Notes: generated by a model not told the origin, from the letters alone. A stretch of DNA of 64,000 nucleotides from Nitrospirales bacterium (GCA_963555755.3 OY820905.2:1600001-1664000), one strand, 5' to 3'; shown: positions 18,722 to 29,988, counted from the first letter of the stretch. A program made the numbers and translations.

Positions 18722-20281
18722 TTGTCTTCCTCCATTCCATCACAGAGTCATGACAGCATCGAGAGGGTGAGTCCCAAGGAGAGGGTCGTCATCATTGGAG
18801 GTGGTCCTGCTGGGTTGACCGCAGCCTATCAGTTGTCACAGGGAAATATCCCCTGTGTGGTCTTAGAGAAAGATCACACCGTAGGGGGAATATCCCGAAC
18901 GGTGAACTATAAAGGATTTTTATTTGATATTGGAGGACATCGGTTTTTTACCAAGGTACAGGCTGTAGAAGACATTTGGCATGAGATTCTTTCCGATCAA
19001 GATTTTCGTGTGTGTGCTCGACTTTCTCGCATTTATTACAACCGAAAATTTCTCCCCTACCCCTTAGATCCCATCTACACACTGCGACAGCTAGGAATTG
19101 TGAATAGTCTTGGCATACTGGGAAGTTATCTCCACTCCCAATGCTTTCCGGAATTACCAGAGGACAATTTTGAACGGTGGGTGTCTAACCGTTTTGGCAA
19201 GCGGTTGTACAAGACTTTTTTTGAAGCCTATACGAAGAAGGTTTGGGGAATCCCTCCCAATCAGATTTCCTCGGAATGGGCCGAGCAACGGATCAAAGAT
19301 TTGTCAATTCCGACTCTGCTGAAAAATGCCATTTTCAAGGTGGGTTCCAAAGACGGGTCGGTGATCAAAACATTGATTCATCAATTTCACTATCCGAGGA
19401 AGGGGCCAGGCATGATGTGGGAAGCGGCGGCCCACCTTGTCGCGAAAAAAGGGGGCCGGGTTCGATTGGGCGCCAGTGTAGAAAAAATATATTGGTCGAA
19501 GGGTCGAGTCGATGCCCTGGACATTTCGATAAATGGCCGCCTGGAAACCATCGGTACGTGGCAAGTGATTAGCAGTATGCCACTTCGAGAACTTCTGCAA
19601 AAATTTGAGCCACCTGTTCCACCGGAATATCTTGAAGCTGCGGAACGGCTTCGCTATCGAGACTTTTTGACCGTAGCTCTGATCATCAATCGACGGGATG
19701 TGTTCCCGGACAATTGGATTTATATTCATGATCCTGACGTGAAGGTAGGACGAATCCAGAATTTTAAAAATTGGAGTGCAGATATGGTTCCGGACCACAA
19801 TAAAACCTGCTTGGGATTGGAGTATTTTTGTTTCGAAGGGGACGGGCTGTGGTCCGCCGAGGATGCCGATCTTCTTGAGCTTGGGAAACGGGAACTCGAA
19901 ATGATCGGGTTGGCCAACAGCTCGGAAGTAGAAGACGGCACGGTCGTGCGAATGCCAAAAGCCTATCCGGTGTATGATCAGTCGTATCGTGAGGCCTTAG
20001 GGACAATCCGTCAATTTCTGGTTACCTTGAACAACCTACAAGTAGTTGGGCGGAATGGAATGCACAAGTATAACAATCAAGATCATTCCATGCTGACAGC
20101 TCTGCTAGCTGTTAAAAATATTCAGGGCGCCCAGCATGATCTGTGGAGCGTCAATGTGGAGGAATCGTATCACGAAGAGACGCGGGACGACTATTTGGAG
20201 GATGAGGATTTTTCGGCTTTGAGTGCCACGCAACCAAAGGTGCCGGTATCGACAGAAAGAAAACCCCCTTTATCCCCTTAA
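18722..20281 (+). CDS. NAD(P)/FAD-dependent oxidoreductase (UDP-galactopyranose mutase / protoporphyrinogen oxidase-like, glycan-cluster type)
   Basis: GGGPAGLTAA, FDIGGHRFFTK, GRIQNFKNWS, PKAYPVY, GRNGMHKYNNQDHSM. Confidence 0.88.
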   Translation: MSSSIPSQSHDSIERVSPKERVVIIGGGPAGLTAAYQLSQGNIPCVVLEKDHTVGGISRTVNYKGFLFDIGGHRFFTKVQAVEDIWHEILSDQDFRVCARLSRIYYNRKFLPYPLDPIYTLRQLGIVNSLGILGSYLHSQCFPELPEDNFERWVSNRFGKRLYKTFFEAYTKKVWGIPPNQISSEWAEQRIKDLSIPTLLKNAIFKVGSKDGSVIKTLIHQFHYPRKGPGMMWEAAAHLVAKKGGRVRLGASVEKIYWSKGRVDALDISINGRLETIGTWQVISSMPLRELLQKFEPPVPPEYLEAAERLRYRDFLTVALIINRRDVFPDNWIYIHDPDVKVGRIQNFKNWSADMVPDHNKTCLGLEYFCFEGDGLWSAEDADLLELGKRELEMIGLANSSEVEDGTVVRMPKAYPVYDQSYREALGTIRQFLVTLNNLQVVGRNGMHKYNNQDHSMLTALLAVKNIQGAQHDLWSVNVEESYHEETRDDYLEDEDFSALSATQPKVPVSTERKPPLSP

Positions 20282-20338
20282 GGTTTTTCGCCCTTAAGGT
20301 TTTTCGCCACTAAGGTTTTTCGCCACTAAGGTTTTTCG
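20275..20338 (+). repeat. Tandem repeat, 4 x 16 bp (CCCTTAAGGTTTTTCG x2, CCACTAAGGTTTTTCG x2)
   Basis: Directly visible; the first unit overlaps the upstream stop codon. Confidence 0.95.
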
Positions 20339-20362
20339 ATTGTCCATTAGCACGTTTAACTA

Positions 20363-20377
20363 TGGCCTGATACTTGC
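20363..20377 (+). promoter_or_regulatory. sigma54 -24/-12 promoter candidate TGGCCTGATACTTGC
   Basis: TGG-N10-GC with TTGC, 65 bp before the GT2 start. Confidence 0.65.
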
Positions 20378-20442
20378 AACTCATTTTAAATTGGTAAATG
20401 AATCCCGATTTTGGTATTACTACATTCCATTGAAGGTACGGT

Positions 20443-21513
20443 ATGAGCCATTCAATGAGTGATCCAGTCCTCATATCCATTATTATCCCCACCTACAATG
20501 GTGGCCGGCATCTTGATTCCTGCCTGTCCGCTATTCGCCGGTGCCTGTATGTGCCCCATGAAATCATCGTGGTCGACAATGGTTCTGTTGACGATACCCG
20601 TCAGATTGCTGGTCGGTATAGTGTGGTCATTGTTGACTGTCCTGGACCTTCTGGACCAGGGGCGGCACGCAATGAGGGAGCAAAATTTGCCCAGGGAAAA
20701 ATTTTGTTGTTTGTTGACACGGATGTCATGATTCACCCTGATGTGCTCCATCGTGTTTTGAACATATTCAAGACCCAACCGGAATTGGCAGCGGTGTTTG
20801 GTTCCTATGATACGCGCCCGGCTGCTCAAAACTTTATTTCCCAATACAAGAATTTATTGAACCATTTTGTTCATCAACATGCTCAAAACGAGGCGAGTAC
20901 GTTCTGGGGAGCCTGTGGAGCCATCCGATCAGATGTGTTTCACAAAATTGGTGGTTTTGACACCCACTGTAACAAGCCGGCAATCGAGGATATTGAGATG
21001 GGATACCGTTTGCGTCGAGCAGGGTATCGCATTGTGTTGGACAAACACATGCAGGGGCAACACTTGAAACGGTGGAGTTTTTCCTCCTTGATTCACACGG
21101 ATATTTTCTGTCGAGCCATTCCGTGGACTAAACTGGTATTGGAAAGTCGAACTCAGGTGAATGACCTGAACCTTCACCGGTCGCAAAGAGCCAGCGCCGG
21201 GTTGGTTGGTATGGCCACGATCGGGGCGCCACTTACCATGATTGAACCCCTTGTCTCATTGGCGGTGTTATCGTGTCTCATGGGTGTGTTCCTCTTGAAT
21301 CGAGAGTTATTTAGATTTTTCTTTCGTGAAAGAGGAATGCAGTTTGCCATGTCCTCTTTTCCAATTCACCTGTTGTATTTCTTGTACAGTGGGACCGTCT
21401 TTTCCTCCTACTGGGCCAGTCATACTCTTGTTCGTAGGTCTGTATCTTTTCTGCAATGGTTGGAAAAAGGGAAATTATTTTTCTTTCGGCCTAGGGAATC
21501 GACTGATCCTTAG
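20443..21513 (+). CDS. Glycosyltransferase family 2 with C-terminal TM segments
   Basis: SIIIPTYN, VVDNGSVD, GAARNEG, FVDTD, IEDIEMGYRL. Confidence 0.92.
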   Translation: MSHSMSDPVLISIIIPTYNGGRHLDSCLSAIRRCLYVPHEIIVVDNGSVDDTRQIAGRYSVVIVDCPGPSGPGAARNEGAKFAQGKILLFVDTDVMIHPDVLHRVLNIFKTQPELAAVFGSYDTRPAAQNFISQYKNLLNHFVHQHAQNEASTFWGACGAIRSDVFHKIGGFDTHCNKPAIEDIEMGYRLRRAGYRIVLDKHMQGQHLKRWSFSSLIHTDIFCRAIPWTKLVLESRTQVNDLNLHRSQRASAGLVGMATIGAPLTMIEPLVSLAVLSCLMGVFLLNRELFRFFFRERGMQFAMSSFPIHLLYFLYSGTVFSSYWASHTLVRRSVSFLQWLEKGKLFFFRPRESTDP

Positions 21514-21623
21514 GGTTCACGCCTAAGGGTTACATCAGGATCACCTTCCTCAAGACCTTTTGTGCAAGGTTGCTGCTCCTAAAAGTTATCAGTAGCCAAA
21601 CACAATTTCCCCATTCGTTTGCT

Positions 21624-21950
21624 GTCAATTTTCCCAACACACTGTCGGTTAATTAGCACTATTATTCCATCCCTTCGACTGTTCCCCCTTTGCTTAAGGG
21701 TTTGCGCAAAAATAACTTCCCCTGTTTAGACGTCGATTCATCCCGTCAGGCGGCGTTGCTCGTCCTTTCCATACGAGGAGTATGTGCAGTCCTCGCGCCT
21801 TGCCAGACAGGCGTCTCAGCACCCAAACATGGAAAGTTATTCTTGCGCGAACCCTAAGGGCTAAAGTCCCACTTCTTCTCATGACGAACGTGCATTTCAT
21901 TGAGTCTGGTTGTGACAGGCTGTCACTGATATTCCTGGCATGAGGCTTGC
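21624..21950 (+). promoter_or_regulatory. sigma54 promoter cassette F (upstream box 21624; TGGCATGAGGCTTGC 21936-21950), interrupted by a MITE
   Basis: Shares CTGTCAATTT..CAAC and CCCTTCGACTGTTC with cassettes at 29.5 and 63 kb. Confidence 0.7.
21697..21855 (-). mobile_element. MITE family A, copy 3 (inverted)
   Basis: Reverse complement of copies 1 and 2. Confidence 0.9.
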
Positions 21951-22070
21951 CTATAAAAAGGTTGAGAGCGCTCCCTTACAGGAGAGGAAATGGTTGTGCC
22001 AGGCGAACGTCAGGATCCTGACGGAGACGGGCAGCGTGGTGTATGTCATGAAAAGGGAACGTGAAACACG

Positions 22071-23162
22071 ATGATTGGTCAAAAGCAGAGTTGGTTAAGG
22101 ACTCATCGAATGTTAGCTGGGCTGTTGGCTGTGGGGGTACTTGTGTCGTTGGGTGCAACCGTTGGAGGAATTCCTCTTTCTGAAACCATTTTCGGAATTG
22201 ATGGAGTACATCAGGTCGATGGTCAAAATAATTCCCCAGTTCAGGTCGAACTACCCAAACCCTCTTGGCACCTGAATACATATGATGAGAACAAAGCCAA
22301 ACTCATTGTCCTGCCCAGCAATCCAAATATACGGCGAGTCGAAGTGACCCAAGCTGATACGACAGCCAGATGGCACATTCAATTAAGCCACAAACCTATT
22401 ATTGTGGAGGGGCAGGAGTGGTACTCCCTGCGTTTCCGAGCCCGAGCGGATGATGTGCGATCAATGGGGGCGGCCGTCAGTCAAGCACATGGTCCATGGG
22501 AAGTTCTTGGTCTGTATCGTTCAGTTCCCCTGATGAGGCAGTGGCAAGATTATAAATGGGAATTTCTTGCGACAGAGGATGATATCAATGCTCAGATCAC
22601 TTTTGATTTGGGTGGGTGGAAAGTCCCGGTTGAAGTCACAGCGGTTCGGCTCCTGAAACTCTCCAATGGAACGCTAAGGTGGAAGCTACAATTTCGAGAG
22701 GGAAGTGAAGCTGGGTTGCTGGGAATCCCAGAATTACCTCTTGGCACTCGAGTGGCTATTACCAAATCGCTCAACAACAACCCCAAACATATTCAATTGG
22801 TTCAACAAGGGGTAAACCTCCAGGTGAATGAACGATACCGACTACGATTTCACGCACGTGCTGACACACCACGAGACATGTATTTGGCGGTAAACCAGGC
22901 CCAGTATCCTTGGGAGGGCTTGGGTTTGAATCAAAAGGTTTCGCTCACCTCTGAATGGCAGCTCTTCGATTTGGAATTTGTCGCGACGAGCACAGATGAG
23001 AACGCAAGACTTATTTTTGAGCTAGGCGGACACAATATTCCCGTGGATATCAACGCCGTGTTGTTGCAGAGAAATTCCGAGATGGTGATACACAGTGGGG
23101 ATTCCTCAGCCCCTTCCTTGGGCAGAGCTACAGACACCCTGGTTGCGGTGGAGCCAACCTAA
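22071..23162 (+). CDS. Membrane-anchored or secreted protein with two tandem CBM4/9-like carbohydrate-binding domains
   Basis: Duplicated pattern W/H.IQL.....Y.LRF.ARAD..R...AV.QA..PWE.LGL...V.L...WQ....EF.AT.....A...F.LGG. Confidence 0.8.
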   Translation: MIGQKQSWLRTHRMLAGLLAVGVLVSLGATVGGIPLSETIFGIDGVHQVDGQNNSPVQVELPKPSWHLNTYDENKAKLIVLPSNPNIRRVEVTQADTTARWHIQLSHKPIIVEGQEWYSLRFRARADDVRSMGAAVSQAHGPWEVLGLYRSVPLMRQWQDYKWEFLATEDDINAQITFDLGGWKVPVEVTAVRLLKLSNGTLRWKLQFREGSEAGLLGIPELPLGTRVAITKSLNNNPKHIQLVQQGVNLQVNERYRLRFHARADTPRDMYLAVNQAQYPWEGLGLNQKVSLTSEWQLFDLEFVATSTDENARLIFELGGHNIPVDINAVLLQRNSEMVIHSGDSSAPSLGRATDTLVAVEPT

Positions 23163-23171
23163 ATCCCTTTT

Positions 23172-23293
23172 GGGAATGTTGAAAAAGGGCGTCAGCGGCG
23201 TTCTCGCCCCTTTGTCGTGCTCACGTACTATGAGTACGCTCCGCGCGTCAAAGGGGCTGCGGCCTTGCTGAGCGCTCCTTTTTGAACATCCCC
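23172..23293 (+). mobile_element. MITE with IRs GGGAATGTTGAAAAAG / CTTTTTGAACATCCCC
   Basis: Terminal IRs and internal hairpins; related copy at 14.5-14.75 kb. Confidence 0.8.
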
Positions 23294-23630
23294 TGTTGCT
23301 CTTGGTGTTTCATAAGATGAGTCACATGTGAACGGCATTATGAAAACGTTTCAATTATTCAACGGTCCCCTTTGGTGAATAATAATGGGAATGCCGTTTG
23401 GTCCACTAGGCCAAGCGATATCTCATTTCTGCTACCTGTTTCCTCCTGGTTTCTTGGTGGAAGGGAATTCGAACCCTCCTTGATGGAGGATTGATACATA
23501 AGTTGCATCGCCATATTTTGATTTTTCACTATACCCAAACTCGGGGATGTTTTAATCCAACACGTTCCACTGAGTATTGCCAAAATGGCCATTGGGTAAA
23601 CCAACGAACTCTCTGCCTTGACGGTTATTC

Positions 23631-26621
23631 ATGAAAGCCATTTCGATCCGTGTTGTAGAATCGGTTAAACAACATCCGGTCCTAGCGGGAATACTCGTTA
23701 TGGGGTTTCTGCTTCGGATCTCGGTTGTGTTTTGGGGAACCCCTTTCTTTGGCCCTTTTGAGGGATATTATCACCCTGATGAGTGGAACATTATTCAGGG
23801 TGCTATCCAATTTCCGAACCATGCCGTTGACAATCTAAGATTCGTCTATCCCACCTTCTTCCACTATTTCTTGGGGATTCTGACCTTTCCCTTACGAATA
23901 TTCTTTGAAGACTTTAGTTCTCCCACGCTGGATACTGTAGGTTCAAATTTCTATTGGGTCGTGACGGTCGTCGGACGACTCTGCTCGGTGTTAGCGGGAA
24001 TGGGGACGATAGTTCTGACTTACCTTCTTGCCAAAGATGTGTTGGATCAAAAACGGGCCCTTTTGGCCAGTGCATTTCTGGCCTTTACGATGTTACACGC
24101 CACGAACTCTGCTGTGGTGACTCCTGATGTGCTCACTTCTTTCTTCCTTGTCTTGTTTCTTTTGGTACTTCGCCGTGCATTCTTACAACCTCAATCTTCT
24201 TTTTTGTTTGTGTGTTCGGGGATGGTTCTTGGACTCTTGGTCGGAACCAAATACACCGGAGCGTTTGCGATTTATGCGATGGTGGTACTCTATGGCTATA
24301 CGTTGGTGTCACATGTCCGCCGTGAAAACAGCAATATTCGATTTGATCACCGAAAATTTCATGGGAATCTCCTCCTGTGTGGTGGCGTGGCTCTGGTCAC
24401 ATTTTTTCTGACGACACCAGGAATTTTGCTTCATTTTGATGCCTTCCTTGATTCCATGAATGACGTGACGAGGCAAATTGGGTGGAAATCCAAACCTAGG
24501 AGCGATATGCAAACCTGGGTGACGGTGTTTCATAAATTTGAACGAGGTGTCGGTTTGCCATTAGCGTGTCTTTTTTTATTTGGGATGTTCTTCCCATACA
24601 AAAAGAATGTGTATGAATGGAGTTTTTTGGCGATAGTGGCTGGATTCTTTATGTATTTTGAGGCCAAATTCATTTCAAGGTACATCATATTTGTTGCACC
24701 ATTAATTGCCATCATCGCGAGCAATGCCGTGTTCTGGTTGATCGAAAGGAATCGCAAATCGCTTCGAGTCGCTGGATATTTTCTCATTATTGTTGTCTCG
24801 GTGTATTCCTTTGGCCATTCTGCCACTGGGGTATCTATGCGTCTTGATGATACGCGCACTCAAGCTGCTCATTATATTCACAACAGATTCCCTGACGAGA
24901 CGACCCTCGGAATAACCTATGCTCCCAGAGACGGGGATTATAAATTGCATCGTTGGAGGAACCCAAGAATTAATTTCACCAAGTTCAGAGACATGGATAT
25001 TTTCGATTATCCGGAAGTGGTGATCGTTTCTTCCCTTGTGAAACTAAGACCTATCAAAAAAGCGCTGCACTCCGATAAGTTGTCTGAAGATTTTGTGTGG
25101 GACCAACGGTATAACCATAAATGGCGGTGGGACTCACCTCCCTCACCTCGTATGTTTCGCTTCTACCATGAACTCTTCGAGGCCGATCGCTCAAGATATC
25201 GTCTAGTAAAAACCTTCAAAAAAAAGCTATCCGTCTGGTTAGAACATAGCTCACCCCAAATGGACATTTATGTTCGCCAATCCTATGGCCCACAAATGGA
25301 GAGGAGAGTTTATTATCCCAGCAATCCGCGTGATTACTTTCAAGAGAAAGATATGCGGGATTGGCGCTGGCAGCTTCGAGTGGAAGAGGGCAACAAGGCA
25401 AAGCTGAAATTTCCATCAAAAGACCTGAACGCGATCCGGATTGCCATTAAGAAGGCGGACGTTGGTCCTCCTTGGGCTATTCAACTCAACCAACGGCCAG
25501 TCGCCATACTGAATAATGAGGCGTACGTCTTACATTTTCGTATTCGAGCCGATAATGCCCGATTAGTAGCTGTGGCGGTTGGGCAAACCTCCGCGCCCTG
25601 GCAGACGGTGGGATTGTATCAGCACGTGCAGGTGACGGAGGACTGGCAGGAGTATGCCTTGTCGTTTCGAGCCGAAGCCGATGAGCCTCAAGCGCGCGTA
25701 TTTTTCGATTTGGGGGAGAGTGCTGTATCCGTTGAAATCGGTGATGTGCAACTTCGACACAAGTCGGACGTGGTGTTGGCCAGTCTGACTAGGAGCCGAC
25801 AGGGATGGCGTTCGGCAAATGAATTAATCGAACCCGATTATCCGGATAAGTTTTATGTGGACTATCAGTTCAATACCATGGGGTGTCGGGGCCGGGACTA
25901 TCCTATCCCACGTACGAGCGAGGGCACGCGCATTCTGGTCTTGGGAGATTCGTTGGCCTTGGGTGCCGGGGTGCATCAAGAGGATACATTGGCTAGTCAA
26001 CTCGAAGGGATGTTGAATCAAGGCCGGCAAGGAACAATCACAGGACCGGGCTATGAAGTCATCAACTGTGGGGTAGAAGGGTACGGAACCCAGGAGGCAG
26101 CTAGATTCTACGAAACATTTGGGTCGACCTATGCGCCGGATATCGTGCTGCTGGTTATGGCACCGGACGATGATCACTCGTTGTTCCAGGAAAGGAGGCA
26201 GAAGATATTGAGGAGCCCAGGAAGTCAATTTGTAGCTTGGTCGGACCAACAAGAGAGACTATTTAATCGTTCGGCTCCGGATTATTCGGGGAGCCTCAAA
26301 GAGGTGGCTAACCTTCAACAATTGGTTGAAGGGCGGGGTGGAAAATTGGCAGTGGTGGTCTTTCGACATACTCAGCATCAAGCCTGGAAGCCTCTGATCC
26401 AGCAACTGACCCAATCATTTCGAAACACGACTGTGCAGGTGTTAGATCTCGGGGAGACCTTGCTGGCAAGCCATTCAGAAGATGAGCTGATAGTTCATGA
26501 AGAGGATAAACATCCTAATGATTTGGCACACAGGATCGCGGCACAGGGCCTACGAGATTTTTTAACTCGGAAAGGACTGCTCGTTGGGCAGCCTATCGCT
26601 AGATTGGATGCAACGCTGTAA
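23631..26621 (+). CDS. Fusion: GT-C (ArnT/PMT-like) + CBM4/9-like + SGNH/GDSL hydrolase
   Basis: YHPDE, YPTFFHY, GTKYTG and many TM helices; CBM WAIQLNQ..LHFRIRAD; SGNH VLGDSLALG, INCGVEGYG, DKHPN. Confidence 0.88.
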   Translation: MKAISIRVVESVKQHPVLAGILVMGFLLRISVVFWGTPFFGPFEGYYHPDEWNIIQGAIQFPNHAVDNLRFVYPTFFHYFLGILTFPLRIFFEDFSSPTLDTVGSNFYWVVTVVGRLCSVLAGMGTIVLTYLLAKDVLDQKRALLASAFLAFTMLHATNSAVVTPDVLTSFFLVLFLLVLRRAFLQPQSSFLFVCSGMVLGLLVGTKYTGAFAIYAMVVLYGYTLVSHVRRENSNIRFDHRKFHGNLLLCGGVALVTFFLTTPGILLHFDAFLDSMNDVTRQIGWKSKPRSDMQTWVTVFHKFERGVGLPLACLFLFGMFFPYKKNVYEWSFLAIVAGFFMYFEAKFISRYIIFVAPLIAIIASNAVFWLIERNRKSLRVAGYFLIIVVSVYSFGHSATGVSMRLDDTRTQAAHYIHNRFPDETTLGITYAPRDGDYKLHRWRNPRINFTKFRDMDIFDYPEVVIVSSLVKLRPIKKALHSDKLSEDFVWDQRYNHKWRWDSPPSPRMFRFYHELFEADRSRYRLVKTFKKKLSVWLEHSSPQMDIYVRQSYGPQMERRVYYPSNPRDYFQEKDMRDWRWQLRVEEGNKAKLKFPSKDLNAIRIAIKKADVGPPWAIQLNQRPVAILNNEAYVLHFRIRADNARLVAVAVGQTSAPWQTVGLYQHVQVTEDWQEYALSFRAEADEPQARVFFDLGESAVSVEIGDVQLRHKSDVVLASLTRSRQGWRSANELIEPDYPDKFYVDYQFNTMGCRGRDYPIPRTSEGTRILVLGDSLALGAGVHQEDTLASQLEGMLNQGRQGTITGPGYEVINCGVEGYGTQEAARFYETFGSTYAPDIVLLVMAPDDDHSLFQERRQKILRSPGSQFVAWSDQQERLFNRSAPDYSGSLKEVANLQQLVEGRGGKLAVVVFRHTQHQAWKPLIQQLTQSFRNTTVQVLDLGETLLASHSEDELIVHEEDKHPNDLAHRIAAQGLRDFLTRKGLLVGQPIARLDATL

Positions 26622-26767
26622 ACAGTCTTGCGAAGATGGCAAGAGAGAAACGTGGAAAATGGGTCTATTGGCGCTCCCGCCATTTCTTGTAGATAGGTAA
26701 TGAACGGTCAATGAGGCTAGATGGGTGAGGACTTTCATCCGTCAGAATGAGACGGTCTGAGGGCTGG

Positions 26768-28300
26768 CTAGGCTTTGATGTGGCCAATGTTCGGTGCAGT
26801 AATGGTGGTTTTCAAGCGAGAAATTTTCTTCAAATAGGCAGGAAGATTCGCAAGGAATTTAGATAATAGAGCAAGGATTACCAGGCCTTCTACAATGAAG
26901 CCTAAACGAAACATGATCACGCCTACTAGTATATGACGGCCGACTTCAGCGGCATCCCCATGATAACATACGAAGGCTTGCACCCACGCGTTCATGAGTA
27001 ACCAAAGCGCGACCCATGAGGGCATGCGAACTCCAGAAGCGTAACGTACGCTCCATAAAGCTCCGCACACAGCGAGGAACCAGAGTCCTAAAGGAACTGG
27101 AATATTGGGATACATGAATTGAGTGAGGGTTTGGGTCGCTGCCGTCTGGCCGGCTTCCTGGCCATACACTCTATTCTGGTCATTAATGGTTTCTTGCAAT
27201 GCATGAGTCGCCCCAAGGATTGCGTGAAATGGTCTGTCTAGGGTCAGGTACCGCTGATAAGAGGAACGTCCCTGCTCTGTAATCCAGGTATTAACATCCG
27301 ACAAATTCTTGTCTTTCTTTACATGGCTCAGGAGCCATTTGCCATCTGGTTCTTGGTCCCAAGCCCTTTTTCCTGCCCAAGTTTCGAACCGTTGATTTTG
27401 GGGGAACTCATATTTGTTCTGCCAGTATGTGTAGACATCAGGTTTGGTCAAGACTCGCTCCAACACAACATTAAAGAATGGTATCTCCCATCTCGGTGAT
27501 TGTATCGTTGACCAATATCCGAAACACACGACTATGCCAATTGCAACAGTCGAGATACAAAGACTTGCCGAGACCCCTCTGGAGTCAACTTGAATTCTTT
27601 TTCCAGTGGCCTGGACCAGGATCCAGGTTGCCAGTGCTCCACAGAAAGTTGCCAGAGAAAAGGTCATTGCATCACGAGTGGAGACCAAAAACAGGGATAA
27701 CACGGCCCAGCCAATAATAGCTGTAAATGGAAGCTCTTCCTGTCGATGAAGAAGACGGACATAACGAATGGACACGGCACCGAAGAGCGCCAACAGCGAG
27801 AAAGTTATGGACTCCGATCGGATGACATAATCCCACTGGTTGATCGGGATGCTTAATGAAAAAGCTGAAATGGATGCCGTTGCGATAATCTGAAGGAACA
27901 CTGATTTAAAGCATGCAGCCACCGAGAGTCCCAGGGCAAACCAGCATAAGACAGAGAATATGCTTTGGAACACCACGATGCGGTCTTCATCGGCATTGGC
28001 CAGTTTGTAGAGAAGTGGGACGACAAAGGGTCGTCCACCGAGGTAAAAATGTTTCTCAAGTACGGAATACTTTGCGGCCGAGGCCCACACCCCCGAGTCT
28101 CCAGAATGAACAGGACCCGGGGTGTTTTGAAACGATTGTTGTTCCCCGTACGCCAGGCCAAGAAATAGCAGCGTGAATAGGCCCACCTTAACGATCATCA
28201 AAGCCTGTGGGGGCGGGCTGCATTTCAGGAATTTTAGGAGAATGTGAATGCGCTCCTTAAACAAACGGAGGAATTTGAAGGCCATAGACCATGGCATCAT
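26768..28300 (-). CDS. Multi-pass membrane protein, probably GT-C-like
   Basis: GDS..W, RPFVVPLLY, IRSESITFSL and TRD motifs in the usual GT-C positions. Confidence 0.65.
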   Translation of the reverse strand: MMPWSMAFKFLRLFKERIHILLKFLKCSPPPQALMIVKVGLFTLLFLGLAYGEQQSFQNTPGPVHSGDSGVWASAAKYSVLEKHFYLGGRPFVVPLLYKLANADEDRIVVFQSIFSVLCWFALGLSVAACFKSVFLQIIATASISAFSLSIPINQWDYVIRSESITFSLLALFGAVSIRYVRLLHRQEELPFTAIIGWAVLSLFLVSTRDAMTFSLATFCGALATWILVQATGKRIQVDSRGVSASLCISTVAIGIVVCFGYWSTIQSPRWEIPFFNVVLERVLTKPDVYTYWQNKYEFPQNQRFETWAGKRAWDQEPDGKWLLSHVKKDKNLSDVNTWITEQGRSSYQRYLTLDRPFHAILGATHALQETINDQNRVYGQEAGQTAATQTLTQFMYPNIPVPLGLWFLAVCGALWSVRYASGVRMPSWVALWLLMNAWVQAFVCYHGDAAEVGRHILVGVIMFRLGFIVEGLVILALLSKFLANLPAYLKKISRLKTTITAPNIGHIKA

Positions 28301-28525
28301 GAAGGGTATTCCTTACCTGATAAGCCTGTAATGAAAATAAGCGTTCGAAAAAAACTAACATAACCGGTATCAAGAAACGTTTGCTCGCTCATGTCCAATT
28401 GCATATTCATCAACGCTTCGATGAGCACTTACTTCTATTCGGAGAATTGAGTGGTTTTCTAAAAAACGACGTAGCGTTTTGGTGAAAACCACGGTTGATC
28501 TGATGCCTCCTGAAAAAAACTGGTT

Positions 28526-28692
28526 ACCAATTTCCCAACATTCGTCAAAACACTCCACGAAAATACATCTATACCCTTCCATGGCTTAACAGGTTTAATG
28601 GAGCATTTTTTTCCCACCCCACCGGTAAAACCTGGTCCTTTTCGCTATCTTTTGCTTCCCCCCAGAAAGAAGAGCCGTGGCATAAGCTTTGC
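28526..28692 (+). promoter_or_regulatory. sigma54 promoter cassette D (TGGCATAAGCTTTGC 28678-28692), upstream of gmd
   Basis: Homologous block CAATTTCCCAACATTCGTCAAAACACTCCACGAAAA 153 bp upstream of the GG. Confidence 0.8.
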
Positions 28693-28763
28693 ATAGTGTG
28701 CGAGGTTCTTCTTCTGTTGTGGACGTTCAGTATGTCTCTTTAGACTTCCTTCTCGGCACCTGA

Positions 28764-29490
<727 letters not shown>

Positions 29491-29557
29491 GGCCACAAGT
29501 ACGTTTGCTATTTCCTTACCGATCTTTTCGGAGGAACAGTCCTTTGACGGAAAGCAG

Positions 29558-29770
29558 CCTGTCAATTTCTCAACGCTCGTCAAAACCTTCCACGAAAAAG
29601 AATCCAAACCCTTCGACTGTTCTAAGGGTTAATTGGGTTCGCCTTTCTCACTCCACGCATAGATCGGGGGTATTTTCGAGATCTTTCACTGCCACCTGAG
29701 AAAAAATCCGTGGCATATATTTTGCAAGAATTTCAACGAGTTTCTCCCTTTTCACCGTAGGGTTTGGGTG
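29558..29770 (+). promoter_or_regulatory. sigma54 promoter cassette A (TGGCATATATTTTGC 29711-29725)
   Basis: About 210-bp block homologous to 52575-52780 and to the reverse complement of 62905-63085. Confidence 0.85.
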
Positions 29771-29988
29771 ATGGGGGCTGATCCCAGCGATCACGCCAGA
29801 AAGAAGACGCCGATAAACCATTCAACGGCAAATGGCCAAGCCGTGGGCATTTCAGGAAAATTTTTCGTCATCGCTTCCGATAATAGCGTGCGACACCTTC
29901 GCCAATACTTAGGTACGATACCTGATCAGAGGGTCATATACCTATTTGAAGTCAGTTTCCCCTGTCTATTCCCCGTCATGGTTTTGCG

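Noticed and set aside
20275..20338. Possible CRISPR array
   Set aside because: Units are contiguous 16-mers with no spacers, and there are no cas genes.
23350..23506. Degenerate further cassette (TTCAATTATTCAAC; TGATACATAAGTTGC 143 bp later)
   Set aside because: The invariant -24 GG is GA, so it was not counted.
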